This document shows positions 30,313 to 42,286 of a stretch of DNA of 64,000 bases, in pieces (the first letter of the stretch is position 1; every line of letters begins with the position of its first letter). The position numbers and the translations under genes were made by a program. The notes under the pieces are model-generated. The model was not told the origin of the DNA and searched no databases. It worked only from the letters and a program-made list of their open reading frames with translations. The stretch is from an uncultured delta proteobacterium (GTDB lineage: Bacteria; Myxococcota; Kuafuiibacteriia; Kuafuiibacteriales; Kuafuiibacteriaceae): assembly GCA_963803435.1 (NCBI GenBank), contig CAWDML010000008.1, forward strand, positions 32,001-96,000, read 5' to 3'.

Positions 30313-33300
30313 ATGAAACAAGAAGGGAGCGAACGCCTCATAGCGCTTCGCAAAACGCTCGAGGACGACCCGCGATCGCTCGCCTTCGTCGAGCTGTCGG
30401 AGGAGCTCATTCGGGCCGGATCCCACGGGGAGGCGTCCGAGGTCGCTCAGCGAGGGCTGCTCTCCCACCCCGACTCGGTGGCCGGTCGCCTGGCGCTGGC
30501 CGTGGCCGAAGCGGAGCAGGACCACATCAGGGAAGCCCTGGAGCAGATCAAACGTGCGCTCTTGATCGATCAAGAGAACCCAAAGGCGCTGGCGCTGATG
30601 GGGCGCATCCTCCTCAAGAAAGGTCTCGCGAAGCGTGCGGTGCAGTTCCTCAGCCACGCCGTGAAGCTCGATCCAAAGGAGAAGGAGTATGGGGAGCTGC
30701 TGAAGGAGGCGCGGACTTTGGCCAAAGGCGGATCGGACGAGGCGCCGCTTCCGGTGTTCAACGCGGATCAGGTCCCTGACGCGTCGAGCCCCTGGAACGA
30801 GGACGAGTGGAGCTCGCGGGCGATCTCCGCGGAGGCGGAGCACACCGTCTTCGATCCGGAGGCGCTCAAGAAGCTCAAGAAGAAGAAGGACAAGCAGGAT
30901 CTCGACGACGCGCTCTCGAACCTCCCGGCCGTCGGCGACGACCTCGGCGAGGAGGAGCCGACCAAGTTCGTCAATCATCGCAAGCAGCAGACCGGCGATC
31001 TGCCGCCGCCGCGGCGCGCACCCGAGACGCCGCCGGAGCCGCGGGGCAAGCGTGCCAAGATGGGCGGCAGCGCGGCCGAGTACTCGCAGATGATGAAGAA
31101 GGCCGACGCGGAAGCGGCCACCAACGAGGCCGAGCGACGCGTCCGCGCCGAGGCGGCCAAGATGCCCACGCCGCCGCCGCCGCCGGTGGGGGATCTCAAC
31201 ATCGAGGCTGCGCCCGCGCGCCGGCCCGAGGCAGACGTGCGACCGCCCCCGAAGGCGCCGTCGGTCGAGCGCGCGCAGGCCGCGCCCGAGCCGCCCCCGC
31301 CGGATCCCGAGCCGGAGTCGAAGCCGCCCAAGGCGGAGAAGCCGGCCAAGGTCGAGAAGCCGAAGAAGGAGGTGCCGCCCCCGAAGCCGCCGCCCGCGCC
31401 GAACAAGCAGATCGGCCACATGGCCACGCGGATGGTGGACGAAGCGCTCTGGGCGCTGCTCGGCGGCAAGGGTCCCGAGCCGGACGGCAAGCGGCCCGAG
31501 CCCGAGGCCAAGCCCGATCGACCGAAGGCGAAGGTGGAGGCCGACGCGAAGGCCGACAAGGGCGCGCCGGCTGCGGAGGCCCGTCCCGGGCAGATGGTGG
31601 TTCGCACCTCCGAGCGCTTCGGCACCTGGACCGCGCGCGCCGTGCTGCTGATCCTGTGCGTGGCCTCGCTGTGGATCGGGTACGCGATCACCATGGCCAC
31701 CAAAGGGCCGGGGCCCGAGACGTCGACCGAGGAGCTCAAGGGTGTCGCCGGCGATCTGGAGCGTGGCGGGCTCGCGTCGTTGCTGGCGGCCGAGGAGAAG
31801 ATCACCGAGCTCAAGCGCAACAATCCTGACCTCGAAGTGCTGCTCAGCGGCGCGATGGCCGAGGTCTACGCGAATCGATGGGCGCGCTTCGGGCGCGATC
31901 CGAAGATGCTCGAGCAGGCCAAGGCGCAGCTGAAGATCGCCTCGGCCGAGCGTCCCTCCGTCGAGCTCCTCTCTGCGATGACCGTGCTGTCGACCGGAGC
32001 GGCCTCGCGGAAGGCGATCGACGCCGAGCTCGAGCGCACCAGCGCGGAGTACAAGGACTCGCCGAAGATCTGGGTGCTGCGCGCCAGGGTGGCCGCTCTC
32101 GACGGGCGGACCAAGGACGTCCCGGTCGATCTCTACACGGCGCTCTCCATCAATCCGCAACACCGGTTGACGCTGCTGGAGCTCGCCCACTGGCACGCGT
32201 CGCAGGGCGCCTACGGGACTGCGTTCAACTTCTACGACCAGATCCAGGACCGCTATCCGCTCGACGTGGAGGCCGCGATCGACCGCTACGTGCTGGCGCA
32301 GATCACCGGGAAGGATCCGAACGAGGCCCAGGCCGTGACGAATCTGGCCGGGCTGGTGCGCGACGAGATCCAGGAGGTGGCGAAGGACGAGGCGGGCCGG
32401 GCGGCGCTGGCGTTCGCCGTGCCCAAGCTGGCCAAGGGCGACGTTCTCGAGGGGATCGAGGAGCTCTCGAAGGCCGACTCCGCCTTCGAGACCAGCGCCG
32501 TGTTCAAGACCGCGATCGCCGGCGTCTATCTGGCGATGGGCGAGTGGGCCCAGGCGCGGGACCAATACAAGGACGCGCTCGATTCGGATCCCGAGAACCC
32601 GGAGCACCGCATCGGGCTGGCGCGGGCGACGCTCGGTGAGCGCTCGGGCCGTAAGGTGGTCCCGGAGGACGAGAAGAAGCGGCTGGCCAAGGAGACGCCG
32701 GCCCACGGGGTCGCAGATCTCCCGTTCGCCACCGTGCGCTTCGTGCTCGGCAGCTTCGCGCTGGTGAAGGTCGAGCCGGACGCGTCGTTCTTCCCGGAGG
32801 GCGAGTACCGGGCCCTCGCCAAGAAGTACGAGGGCGCCGAGCTCCAGAAGCGGCTCGAGGCCGCGTCCCTGCGAGCGCTGGCGCGGATGCGGAGCGCCGA
32901 GGGCAAGCACGAGGAGGCGATCGCGTTCCTCCAGGAGGCGACCAAGCTGGCCGAGGACGCGCGCTCCGAGTACGGGCTCGGCCTGGCGTATCTGGCCAAG
33001 AAGGACTGGGACGAGTCGATCCGGCACCTCGGCAACGCGATCGACAAGAACCAGGACGACGTGGCGCCGCGGCTGGCGCTGGCGCGCGCGTACATCGGGA
33101 AGAGCGACGAAGCCAAGGCGATCCAGGCGCTCGACGCGATCGAGGACCAGGGCGACGTCCTGGTGCCCGACGCACAGCTGCTGATCGCGCGGCTCAAGAT
33201 CGATCGTGGAGACTACGAAGGCGCGCTTCTGCACGCGGAGCGGTTGACGGCGATCCTCCCGAAGAGCGCCGCCGCCCAGGTCGTCCACGGCGAGGCGCTG

Positions 33301-33657
33301 CTCCGTCAAAAGGGGCGCGACACCGAGGCCGACGAGGCCTTTGCGAAAGCGCTGGCGTTGGGCGGCAAGCTGGCGACCGGGGAGCCACCGCCAGGGCTGA
33401 CGAAGTTGACGCCGTTCGCGCTCGTGGGGCTGGGCCGCGTCGAGATGAAGCAGAACGTCAAGCGCGGGCTCGCCCTCCTCAAGCAGGCCGAGAAGGCGGA
33501 GGAGGTCCCGGACGAGGTGCACTTCTACCTGGGCCAGGCGCTGATCCAGAACAAGAAGACCAAGAAGGACGGCAAGAAAGAGCTCGAGCGTTATGTCAGG
33601 CTCGCGTCGGGAGGCGAGCTGCGGGACGAGGCCGAGCGCCTGCTCAAGCGGCGATGA
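30313..33657 (+). CDS. Large membrane-anchored TPR protein (N-terminal TPR, Pro-rich linker, TM, C-terminal TPRs)
   Basis: DPRSLAFVELSE..., ALLIDQENPKAL, TM AVLLILCVASLWIGYAI, many TPR helices. Divergent from the kinase. Confidence 0.85.
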   Translation: MKQEGSERLIALRKTLEDDPRSLAFVELSEELIRAGSHGEASEVAQRGLLSHPDSVAGRLALAVAEAEQDHIREALEQIKRALLIDQENPKALALMGRILLKKGLAKRAVQFLSHAVKLDPKEKEYGELLKEARTLAKGGSDEAPLPVFNADQVPDASSPWNEDEWSSRAISAEAEHTVFDPEALKKLKKKKDKQDLDDALSNLPAVGDDLGEEEPTKFVNHRKQQTGDLPPPRRAPETPPEPRGKRAKMGGSAAEYSQMMKKADAEAATNEAERRVRAEAAKMPTPPPPPVGDLNIEAAPARRPEADVRPPPKAPSVERAQAAPEPPPPDPEPESKPPKAEKPAKVEKPKKEVPPPKPPPAPNKQIGHMATRMVDEALWALLGGKGPEPDGKRPEPEAKPDRPKAKVEADAKADKGAPAAEARPGQMVVRTSERFGTWTARAVLLILCVASLWIGYAITMATKGPGPETSTEELKGVAGDLERGGLASLLAAEEKITELKRNNPDLEVLLSGAMAEVYANRWARFGRDPKMLEQAKAQLKIASAERPSVELLSAMTVLSTGAASRKAIDAELERTSAEYKDSPKIWVLRARVAALDGRTKDVPVDLYTALSINPQHRLTLLELAHWHASQGAYGTAFNFYDQIQDRYPLDVEAAIDRYVLAQITGKDPNEAQAVTNLAGLVRDEIQEVAKDEAGRAALAFAVPKLAKGDVLEGIEELSKADSAFETSAVFKTAIAGVYLAMGEWAQARDQYKDALDSDPENPEHRIGLARATLGERSGRKVVPEDEKKRLAKETPAHGVADLPFATVRFVLGSFALVKVEPDASFFPEGEYRALAKKYEGAELQKRLEAASLRALARMRSAEGKHEEAIAFLQEATKLAEDARSEYGLGLAYLAKKDWDESIRHLGNAIDKNQDDVAPRLALARAYIGKSDEAKAIQALDAIEDQGDVLVPDAQLLIARLKIDRGDYEGALLHAERLTAILPKSAAAQVVHGEALLRQKGRDTEADEAFAKALALGGKLATGEPPPGLTKLTPFALVGLGRVEMKQNVKRGLALLKQAEKAEEVPDEVHFYLGQALIQNKKTKKDGKKELERYVRLASGGELRDEAERLLKRR

Positions 33658-35774
33658 GCGTCTCGGTCAAAGACCTGCGTCCGACCGAGACCCCGCCGGG
33701 GTTCGGCGACCTCACGGACGACCCGATCGATTCGCTCCAGCGCCTCTCCATCTTCCGGGACCTGACCAGCAACGAGCTCGAACGCATCGCCGCCAGCTCG
33801 ACGGTGCTCCGGATCGATCAGGATACCGTCATCCCGCGGGGCGGGGAGGGCGCGGACCCGCCCGCCTACTGCTTCGTCCTGCGCGGTCAGGTGGCCTTCG
33901 CCGAGTTCGAGCAGGGCAAGGTCCCCGATGCGCCCAAGAACAAGAAGAAGCGCCAGCAGCCGACGATGCAGATCGCCCGGCGCATCGTGGCGATGTTCGA
34001 CATCGACGATTTCTTTACCAATGAGCACGTGCCGTACGCCCGCAGCGACGACGGCAACAAGTACGACATGGCGCTCTTCACCTGCATCAACGTGGTGCTG
34101 CTGCAGATCCCGAAGCAGAAGCTCGACGAGATCCTCAAGAACCTCCCCGAGATCAAGGAGGCCGTCGAGATCAAGGGCGAGGAGGCCTACTACCGCCAGA
34201 CCTTGCTCAAGCTCGACGACCGAGCCGAGATCTTCGACTTCTACATCCGCGAGGGCTTCGAATACGCGCAGGCGATCAAGATCATCCAGACCGACAAGTG
34301 CATCGATTGTGACGAGTGCGTGAAGGGCTGCCACGATCGACACGGCATCTCGCGGATCGAGCGCTTCGGACCCCGGATCGGCCTGATCCAGTTCACGCTC
34401 AACTGCCGGACCTGCGAGGACGCCCGCTGCATCACGGTCTGCAACTTCGACGCGATCGGCTACGACGACGACAGCGAGGTCATCGTCTACGACAACTGCG
34501 TCGGCTGTACGCTCTGCGCCAAGGCGTGCCCGCACGAGGCGATCCGGATGGTCGACATCAAGGACGAGGCGCCGCCCAAGAAGGAGGAGGACGAGGATCG
34601 GCCGAAGACGCGCATCGCCAAGGGCGAGGAGGGAGCCAAGGAGAAGAAGGCCAAGAAGGCGAAGCGCATCGCGAACAAGTGCGACCACTGCTTCGGCTAT
34701 GCGGACATGGCGTGCATCACCGCGTGCCCCACCGGCGCGATCATCCAGATCGATCCGCGCACGCTGTTCCGCCGGGACGGCGGGTACATCGATCGGGCCC
34801 ACAAGTACTTCGAGCCCGCGCCCTTCGAGCTCGGCTTCTCCCAGACGACCCGCACGCAGGGCGTCTGGGGCATGTTCGCGCTGTTCGGCGTGGCCACCCT
34901 CGCGGTGTTCATCTGCGCGTGGGAGTACTTCGCCCGGAAGATGCACCCGGAGCTGTCGGTCTGGGCGCTGTTCGTCGGCACGCTCTACGGACCGGTGGCG
35001 CGCCAGGGCGTGTCGCTGATCTTCAGCCCGGTCAAGGGCTTCGGGCGCTGGCTGGGGTACTTCGGCGGCGGCATGATGGTGATCTCGGCGCTCTACACCC
35101 TGCGCCTCCATCTGCCGGGTCTACGCAAGATCGGGAACTCGAAGACCTGGTTCGACTTCCACGTGGTCTTCGGACTGTCCGGTCCGATCCTGGCGCTGTT
35201 CCATACCGACCTCAACATCTTCAATCCGATCGAGCGGCCGCTGGTGAACTCGCTGTGGTGGTGCATCACCGCGATCGTCCTGACGGGGCTGATCGGACGT
35301 TACCTCTACACGCTGATCCCCAAGCTCGAGACCACCACCGAGCGCGAGCGCAAGAAGCTCGACGCCGGTATCCAGGCGGTCGCCGATCAGTGGGCCTCGA
35401 TGACCATGAGCGCCAACGTCCTGGCGCAGTTCCTCAAGGCGCAGGAGAAGACGATCGAGATCCGCAACACCGACACGGACAGCAAGAGCACGTTTCAGTT
35501 CGTGTCCTTCCTGGTGTCGTCGGAGGTCTCACGCATCTCGGCAGAGCTGGCTCTGCGCTTCAAGACGATGGGCAAGATGCGCAACAAACGGTTGCGCCGC
35601 ACCACCATCAAGCTGATGAGCCGCCGCTCGGTCATCGATCGGCGCATCCAGTTCTATGGCCTCGCCAAGCGGCTGCTGGCGCAATGGCGTGGGATCCATA
35701 TCGGCATCTCGATCATCATGTTCGTGCTGCTCGCGGCGCACGTCGCCATCTCGGTGTACGCCGTGGGGTGGTGA
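33654..35774 (+). CDS. cNMP-binding domain + 4x[4Fe-4S] ferredoxin + His-bearing membrane domain fusion
   Basis: LSIFRDLTSNELERIA...FVLRGQV; CIDCDECVKGC, CRTCEDARCITVC, CVGCTLCAKACP, CDHC...CITACP; WFDFHVVFG..ALFH and WRGIHI...AAHV. Confidence 0.85.
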   Translation: MSVSVKDLRPTETPPGFGDLTDDPIDSLQRLSIFRDLTSNELERIAASSTVLRIDQDTVIPRGGEGADPPAYCFVLRGQVAFAEFEQGKVPDAPKNKKKRQQPTMQIARRIVAMFDIDDFFTNEHVPYARSDDGNKYDMALFTCINVVLLQIPKQKLDEILKNLPEIKEAVEIKGEEAYYRQTLLKLDDRAEIFDFYIREGFEYAQAIKIIQTDKCIDCDECVKGCHDRHGISRIERFGPRIGLIQFTLNCRTCEDARCITVCNFDAIGYDDDSEVIVYDNCVGCTLCAKACPHEAIRMVDIKDEAPPKKEEDEDRPKTRIAKGEEGAKEKKAKKAKRIANKCDHCFGYADMACITACPTGAIIQIDPRTLFRRDGGYIDRAHKYFEPAPFELGFSQTTRTQGVWGMFALFGVATLAVFICAWEYFARKMHPELSVWALFVGTLYGPVARQGVSLIFSPVKGFGRWLGYFGGGMMVISALYTLRLHLPGLRKIGNSKTWFDFHVVFGLSGPILALFHTDLNIFNPIERPLVNSLWWCITAIVLTGLIGRYLYTLIPKLETTTERERKKLDAGIQAVADQWASMTMSANVLAQFLKAQEKTIEIRNTDTDSKSTFQFVSFLVSSEVSRISAELALRFKTMGKMRNKRLRRTTIKLMSRRSVIDRRIQFYGLAKRLLAQWRGIHIGISIIMFVLLAAHVAISVYAVGW

Positions 35775-35776
35775 GC

Positions 35777-37961
35777 GTGCGCCTGCTGCTGCTCTCGTCC
35801 TGCATCTTGGCCGGCTGTCTCCCCTCCGAACGCTATCCGCTCGACCTAAAGCCCGAGACCGAGTCGCTGGTCTATCTGGTGGTGCCGAGGTGCGAGGGCC
35901 GGAACGTCATCGACGCGCGGGGTGGCTGCAAGTCCACGAGCCAGCAGCCGCGCGTGTTCACCAGCCCGAGCAACCAGACGCTCGCGTTCAACCTCGGTCC
36001 GGATGACCGCGTCTTCGTGGGCGAGTATCCGTACCCGGAGGCGGCGGTCGACATCCCCGACGATCGGATGCTCGAGGCGGAGGCGCACGCCTGCCCGGAG
36101 CGTCCGTTTCCGCCGCCGATCGGGGCCTGGTCGATCGATCTGGCCTCGGGCCAGCGCGCGTTCACCGAGCCCTTCCCGAGCGCCTGGACGCTGCCGGAGT
36201 TCGACTATGCCGCCTGCTTCGGCGCCGGAGGCTGTCTCGGCTTCGGCGGGGACGGGGTCGCCATCTGCAAGCTGGATTGCACGGTGGAGTCGGACCCCGC
36301 GCTCCCGGCCCCACCCGACGCTCCCGCCGCGCCTTCGGAGGGCATCGCCGTGGAGGTCTGCCCCAACGGATGGTTCGACCGGTCGCTCGCGGGTTGTGGA
36401 TTCCCGGCGTCGTGCGACTTTGAGGGCTGGCCGATGTCCCCGCCGGCGGGCGCGCTCTACGTGGACTCGGCCGCACCGGGTCCGGCGTTTCTGGGCACAC
36501 GGGCCGCTCCGTTCGGATCGATCGAGGACGCCGCGCCGATGCGACCGTCCGCCCTGGTGCTGCGTGCCGGCGACCTCCCCTACGTGCCTGTCGCTCCGCT
36601 GGACTGGAGCGTGGAGCTGGTCGGATGCCGGACCCCCGACCAGCAGCGGTATACGACCTTCGGCGCGCTCGGGGCGCCCGCGCTGTCCGTAGCCGCCGCC
36701 GGGGTCACAATCTCGGCGACCTCGATCCTGTTCAACAACCGGATCGAGGTGGCGGCGGGGAGCGTCGTGCTTCGCGCCTCCGCGATCCACATCGGACCGG
36801 GCATGGCTCGACCGGGCCTGTCGCTCGCGCAGGGCGCCACCGCCATGCTCACCGAGGTCGGCGTGATCGACGACTCCGGGGACGCCGGGATCGACCTCGG
36901 CCCGGGCACGCGGCTCGACGGAGAGACCGTATCGGTGGGCGGGGACGGCGCCGGGCTCCTGGGCCACGGCGCCTCCGTGACAATCTCGAACCTGACGGTG
37001 CGCGACGGTGGTGTCGAGGTGGACCAGCAGAGCACGCTCTCCCTCACCGGCGCGCTGATCCACACTCCGGCTGGCCACGACGGCGTCGCGATCGACGCTT
37101 CGCCGTCGGTTCTCACCGATGTGGAGATCGACGGGAGCGCGGGCGCCGCCATCCGCGGTGTCGGCCTGCGGATCGGACGGAGTGAGGTGCAGGCGACCGA
37201 TCTCTGGATCGCGGACGGCTGGCTCGACGGCGTCGAGGTCGACGGCGGATTGGTCCTCCACTGGAACGGCGGCGGCGCCGTGAACCTGTCGACGGCGCTG
37301 TGCGCGACGGACAGCGAGATCCACGTCGACGGCATCCTCGTCGACTCGGTTACGGACACGGGACTTCGGTTGGTCGGGAGTCGGGCCGAGCTCGTGTCCC
37401 TCTCGATCGCGAGCGCGGGAGAGGGCGTGAACGTCGAGTCTTCCAGCGTCACCAGCGCCCGCACGGAGATCCGGACCGTCGGCGGGCCCGCGCTCCGGTT
37501 CGTCGAGTCCTCCGCAACCTGCGCCGACCTCGTCCTCGAGGGGATCGGATCGGCCGACGCCGGGGTGCTCTTGGAGCGCGGAGGTGCGCGGAAGATTCCG
37601 CCTGGAGCGCGCCCGGATCGCTGGCTTCGGCCGCGCGGTGGCGGTCGCCGGCGGCTCGGTCGAGCTCGTCGACGTGCAGATCGATTCGACGGACGGCGTC
37701 GCTCTCTCCTTCGAAGGTGGAGACGAGAAGGCGCTCTCGCTCCTGCGGGCGGACATCTCCGGAGGCGACGCTGTGCTGGTGAGCAAGGACGTCGTGCGGG
37801 CGCTCGACCAGGGCGTCCTCTCGTTCACCGCGTTGGATGCGCGCTTCAGCGGCGTCTCGGCGGTCCGCGTCCTCGAGACCTGCCGCTGGGAGCTCCCGCA
37901 CCGCCTGTTCTCCGACGTCGCGGTCGGCGAGCTGACCGGGGATCCGGTGGTCTGGCCCTAG
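35777..37961 (+). CDS. Lipoprotein with DUF1565-like motif and right-handed beta-helix; frameshift near 37575
   Basis: GTG start MRLLLLSSCILAGC; LYVDSAAPG...GTRAAPFGSIEDA; beta-helix repeats continue in ORF 37584-37961. Confidence 0.7.
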
Positions 37962-40900
37962 GGTAGAGCGACGGCGCGTGCGGCGCTCCGGTCGTCGCCG
38001 AGGCTCTCGAAGAGATCGCGCGACAGCCGGAGGTGATCCGCGGCCAGGTCCGGACGATCGCTCTTCGTGAGGAAGAAGCCGATCCACTCGTCGGCGTGGG
38101 CTAGACCTCTGCGATCGCCGATGCGAGCGAAGAGCCGGCGGGCCTCCATCATGTCTTCATACGCAGGATCGCCGTCGCCGTGGAACCAGCGGGCGGCGCC
38201 GAGGTCGAGCAGCGCCGCGGCTCTCGAGGCGACGTCGCCGCGGGCGCCGAAGTCGTCCGCGATGGCGGCCAGCATGCGCGCAGCCCGCTTGGTGTGTCCG
38301 GACCAGGGCGAGAGCATCGTGGGGTCGAGGAGCAGGGGTCGGGTGGTCTCGACGGTGAAGGCGCCGAGCACCCGCTCGTACGCGACGCTCTTCTGGTAGC
38401 GGGCCGTCGGAGGCGGAGGCTCAGGGGCGAAGATGCGGGCGACAGGGGCCTCCGCGGCGGTCGGGCGCTCGGAATCTTCGAGCACGTAGATCCGATCCTG
38501 TTGCTCGAGCTGACCTAGGCAGGTGCTCGCCTCTTGCTCGAGGGCGGCGGCCCGGCGGTACGCCTCCTCGATCCGCGTGTACTCCTGATCTCCGAGCGAT
38601 GCGGGCACCGAGGCGAGCGCGATCCGGAGGAGCCCTTCCACCTCCGAGATCTTCTCGGTGAGGCAGCGGAGCCGGACCACGTCACGCGCGGTGCGTGCCT
38701 GTTCGACCTGCGCCCCTAGGCGCGCGCGAACCGCGCGGTGGGCGGCGATCAGCGAGCGCACGTTGGCGGCGCGGTCGTCGCCGAGGAGGGGCGGCGACAC
38801 GGCGGGCAGCTCGGTGGGCGCCGCCGGGGGCGGAGGGGCCTCAGGTCGATACGCCGCCCACCTGGGGCGAAAGTCGGTGATCGCGAGGACCGCGGCGGCG
38901 TCGAGGGCGAGCAGGAGGTCCTCGCGCGACACCGTCCGGGGTGGGAGCGTATCGATCGTCTCGGCGGGTTGCTCGACGGGATCGAACACGGGCGCGCCCA
39001 GGGACCAGAACTGCGAGGCGAGACAGCGCCGCGCGTCGGCGTCGATGCCGGGGAGCCGGGCCTCCGCAGCCAGCAGATCGGCCTGCAGCTTGGCGGCGGA
39101 GCTCGCGCGTCCCAGCCGCTCCGCATAGAACCAGGCCTCGGCCAGGGGTGCGAGCGCGTCCTCGGGCCGACCCGCGAGCGTCGCCAGGTTCGCCTGGGCG
39201 GCTCGCAGCTCCGCGAGCGAGGACTCCTGCATCGTCGACTCGACGATGCGCCCCACCTCGACGAGCTGCTGTCGGGCGGTCTCGAGGTCGCCTCGCTCGG
39301 CGCCCCCGATCCCCAGGTTGAGGCCCGAGGCGATGCGCCCGTCGGCGGCCCGGAGATCCGTGAGCGTCTTCCACGACGCGTCGAAACGATCGAGCGCGGC
39401 GCCCAGACGGCCCGCGCGCAGGTCGAGCACGCCGAGGTTGTTCTCGAGGATGGCGCTGACGTAGGCGTTGTCGAGCTCGCCGGCCAGCCGGAGCGCGCGG
39501 GCGAAGCTGTCGCGCGCTTCGTCCAGGCGATCGCGCTCGACCTGGAGGTCGCCCAGCTCGTTGTCGATCTCGAGCAGATACGGCTTCTTGCCGTCGAGCA
39601 CCCGCAGGCTTCGTGCGGCCAGCAGCTCCTGTTCGGCCTCTTGAAACCGCCCCATCTTTCTCAGCCCCACGCCGTGGCCGTAGCGTGAAAGGCTGGCGCG
39701 GTTCAGATCGCCGTCTGCTTCGGCATCCTTGGTCACCTGGTCGTAGAGCGCGAACGCCTGCAGGTACCGATCGGCGCGAACGCCCAGGTCGGCGAGGGCC
39801 AAGGCGGGGTCGCGGGCGCGGCGCTCATCGCCGTCGCGAAGCGCCAGCCCCAGGGCGCGAAGGTATGCCTCTGCTGCGCAGCTCGGGTGCTCGGGTACGC
39901 TCGCCAGCACGTCGTGGGGCGCGAGCGCGAGATTGAGATCGGAGACCAGCCGCTCGGTCTTCACCCAGCCGCGCTGGGAACCCAGCTGGATCGCGGCCCA
40001 GCTCCCGTCGGAGGAGAGATCGAGGATCGAGGCGAACGTCGGGAGGTCGACGGTCGAGAGCCGGCTCATCAGATCCCCAGGCGACGTGAAGACGTCGGTC
40101 GCGGCCGTCACCTGGACCAGCTGTCCGCTCCATCGGATCGGCTGCAGCGCGACCGCGCCGATCCCGACGCGCAGCGCCTCGCCGACCTCGAGCGTTCCCT
40201 CGCTCCACCACGCGCGTTCGTCCTTCGGGGTCGACGTCCGACGCGCTGCGAGCGCCTCGATCGCCCGGCTGGCCTCCTGGATCGCGGCGCCGCCCGCCGG
40301 TGTGCAGGACCGCGGGCTGCCGTTCGCCGAGTCGACCCGCTGACTCACGGTGACCGCGATCCGACCCAGGCGACCCATGCGCTCGAGGATCCGTCCCGCG
40401 CGCAGATACGCGGCGGTGTCGTTCGGGTCGGCGTCGATCGCGCGCTGGATCGCCGCCAACGCCTCCTCCAGCTTGCCCTCCCGGAACAGGCGACCGGAGT
40501 CGCTGCGCGCGTCGAGGGCGGCTTCGGCGTGCGGATCGCGGGTGGCTATCGGCACGTCGCCGAGCTCGGCGGCGACCTCGAGCGCGAGGGCGCCCAGCTC
40601 GTCCTTCTTGCCTACCGCCGAGTGCACGGCGAGCGGGCGTCCCTCGCCGTCGCGCTCGACCAGGGTCAAGCGAACACGATCCCCGCTGACGCGTCGTGCC
40701 GCCGAGAGGATCCGATCCGGGATCAGAAGCTCCGACGCCCGCGCGATCGCATCGTCGTCGTCTCCCGCGAGGGCGCGCGCCAGCTCGGGCTCGACGGCGG
40801 CGAGCTTCGTCGAGCGCGCCAGCTCGTGCCACAGCCCCTCGTAGATCCGATCCGAGATCGCGTCGTCGCCGAAGGGGAGGAGCACGACCTGCTTCCGCGC

Positions 40901-41439
40901 GCTCCGGTCGCTGCGAGCCCGGCGGTGCGACGCGCGCGCCCCGGCGATCGCTCGCTTCGGTACTCGAGCCCGTGCGTAGTAGCGGTAGGTCGACTCGCCC
41001 TCGACCAGCGGGCTCTCCGAACGCTCCCAGTAGGTGCCGGTCGACTCAATCCCTTCGAGGATCGCGTCGGCGTGGGTGGCGACCGCATCCGAGATCTCGA
41101 CGTGCGCGTCGCCGCCGCCTTCGCTCTGCTTCTCGGCCGAGGCGGAGCGGACGTCCACCGAGACGTAGCTCGCGATCGCGCTCATGAATCGCGCTCCGCC
41201 GCCCGGGCGGCCACCTCGAAGGAGGGCCCGGCTCCGAAGCCCACGAAGTCGACCGACTCTCCTCCGCCCTGCTCAATCCGCTCGGTCCAGCCGGGCGCGA
41301 TCGGCGCGCTGCGCTCGACCACGACCGGCTCGATCGATGCGCCGGTGACCGGCGCCGGCGACCCCAGCTGGAGCGGCCCGGACGCGCGCACGCACCCGCA
41401 CGCCAGCACGAGGGCGAGGGCGGTCCGCCTAGCGCGCAT
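37958..41439 (-). CDS. LPP20-like lipoprotein fused to TPR array; frameshift near 41185
   Basis: 41439 ORF (LACGC lipobox, FVGFGAG...AARAAERD) continues naturally into MSAIASYVSVDV...TYWER...YYARARVP, then TPRs (LENNLGVLDL, SGLNLGI). Confidence 0.7.
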
Positions 41440-42203
41440 GCGTCAGCTCCGCCCGCAGCGCCTCGGCCATTCTCGTCTCGAGCTCGAGCGGATCGGCGGC
41501 CCTGAGGATCGTCAGCCCTCCGAGCGAGGCGCGCAGGCCGTCCGGTAGTTGCTCGATGACGGCCTCGATCCTCCGCGCGCTCCCGGCGACTCCCGGATCG
41601 TCGGAGGCGACGACGAGCAGATCGGGGAGCACGCTCAGCCGGCGCGCCATCTCGCGCTCGAGCGCTGGTCCCTCCGGACCGATGAAGTGGAGGACGACGA
41701 GAGACCGGCCGTCGCGCGCGCGATCGATGGCCTTGATTCGTTTCAAACGAACCACGGTGGCCTCGTCAATCGGCGCCCCCAGGAAGCAGCGGAAGCTCCC
41801 GTCCGACATGTGCTCCCAGTACTCGCGATCGGGCGTGACCTCGAGGCGATCGGCGGTCGTGCGCGTCTCCTCGTGGGCGGTGAAGGTGGCTTCTCCATCC
41901 CTCTCCCGCTGCTCCGCGTCGAACTCGGTCTCGATCCGAACGCCGAGCCGGCGGGCCAGCGCCTCGCCGAGCGCGGCCCGGGCGTGGCCGCGGGCCGCCG
42001 TCAGAATCGGGGGCAGCGCCGGCGCCCACCAGACGTCCCACTTCCTCTGCGCGGATCCACGCCGGCCGCTCGCCGCTCCGCTCCACGACCGAAACGGGCA
42101 AGAGCGTCCGCCGCGCCGGCGGATGGTGCTCGAGCACGGGCTCGCTGAGGCGGGCCAGACAGCCCGAGCCGAGGGCGGCGACGAGGAGGATGCGGCGCAG
42201 CAT
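41429..42203 (-). CDS. LPP20-like lipoprotein; frameshift in C-run near 42010
   Basis: MLRRILLVAALGSGC..VVERSGERPAWI, then after the shift ILTAARGHARAALGEALARRLGVRIETEF...EYWEHMSDGSFRC. Confidence 0.6.
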
Positions 42204-42286
42204 CACGAGCGCCAACAATCCAGCCCCGGTTTCGGTTCGAACGGAAGCGGAATTCCTCTGACCGGGCTCACGAGGGAGCCCGACCG

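Noticed and set aside
34316-35776. N-terminal 487 aa of the 1216-aa ORF 34316-37966
   Set aside because: Out-of-frame overlap with the Fe-S gene; the real start is the GTG + lipobox at 35777.
41182-41184. TGA ending ORF 41182-41439 as selenocysteine
   Set aside because: The continuation is in a different frame, so this is a frameshift or gene overlap, not readthrough.
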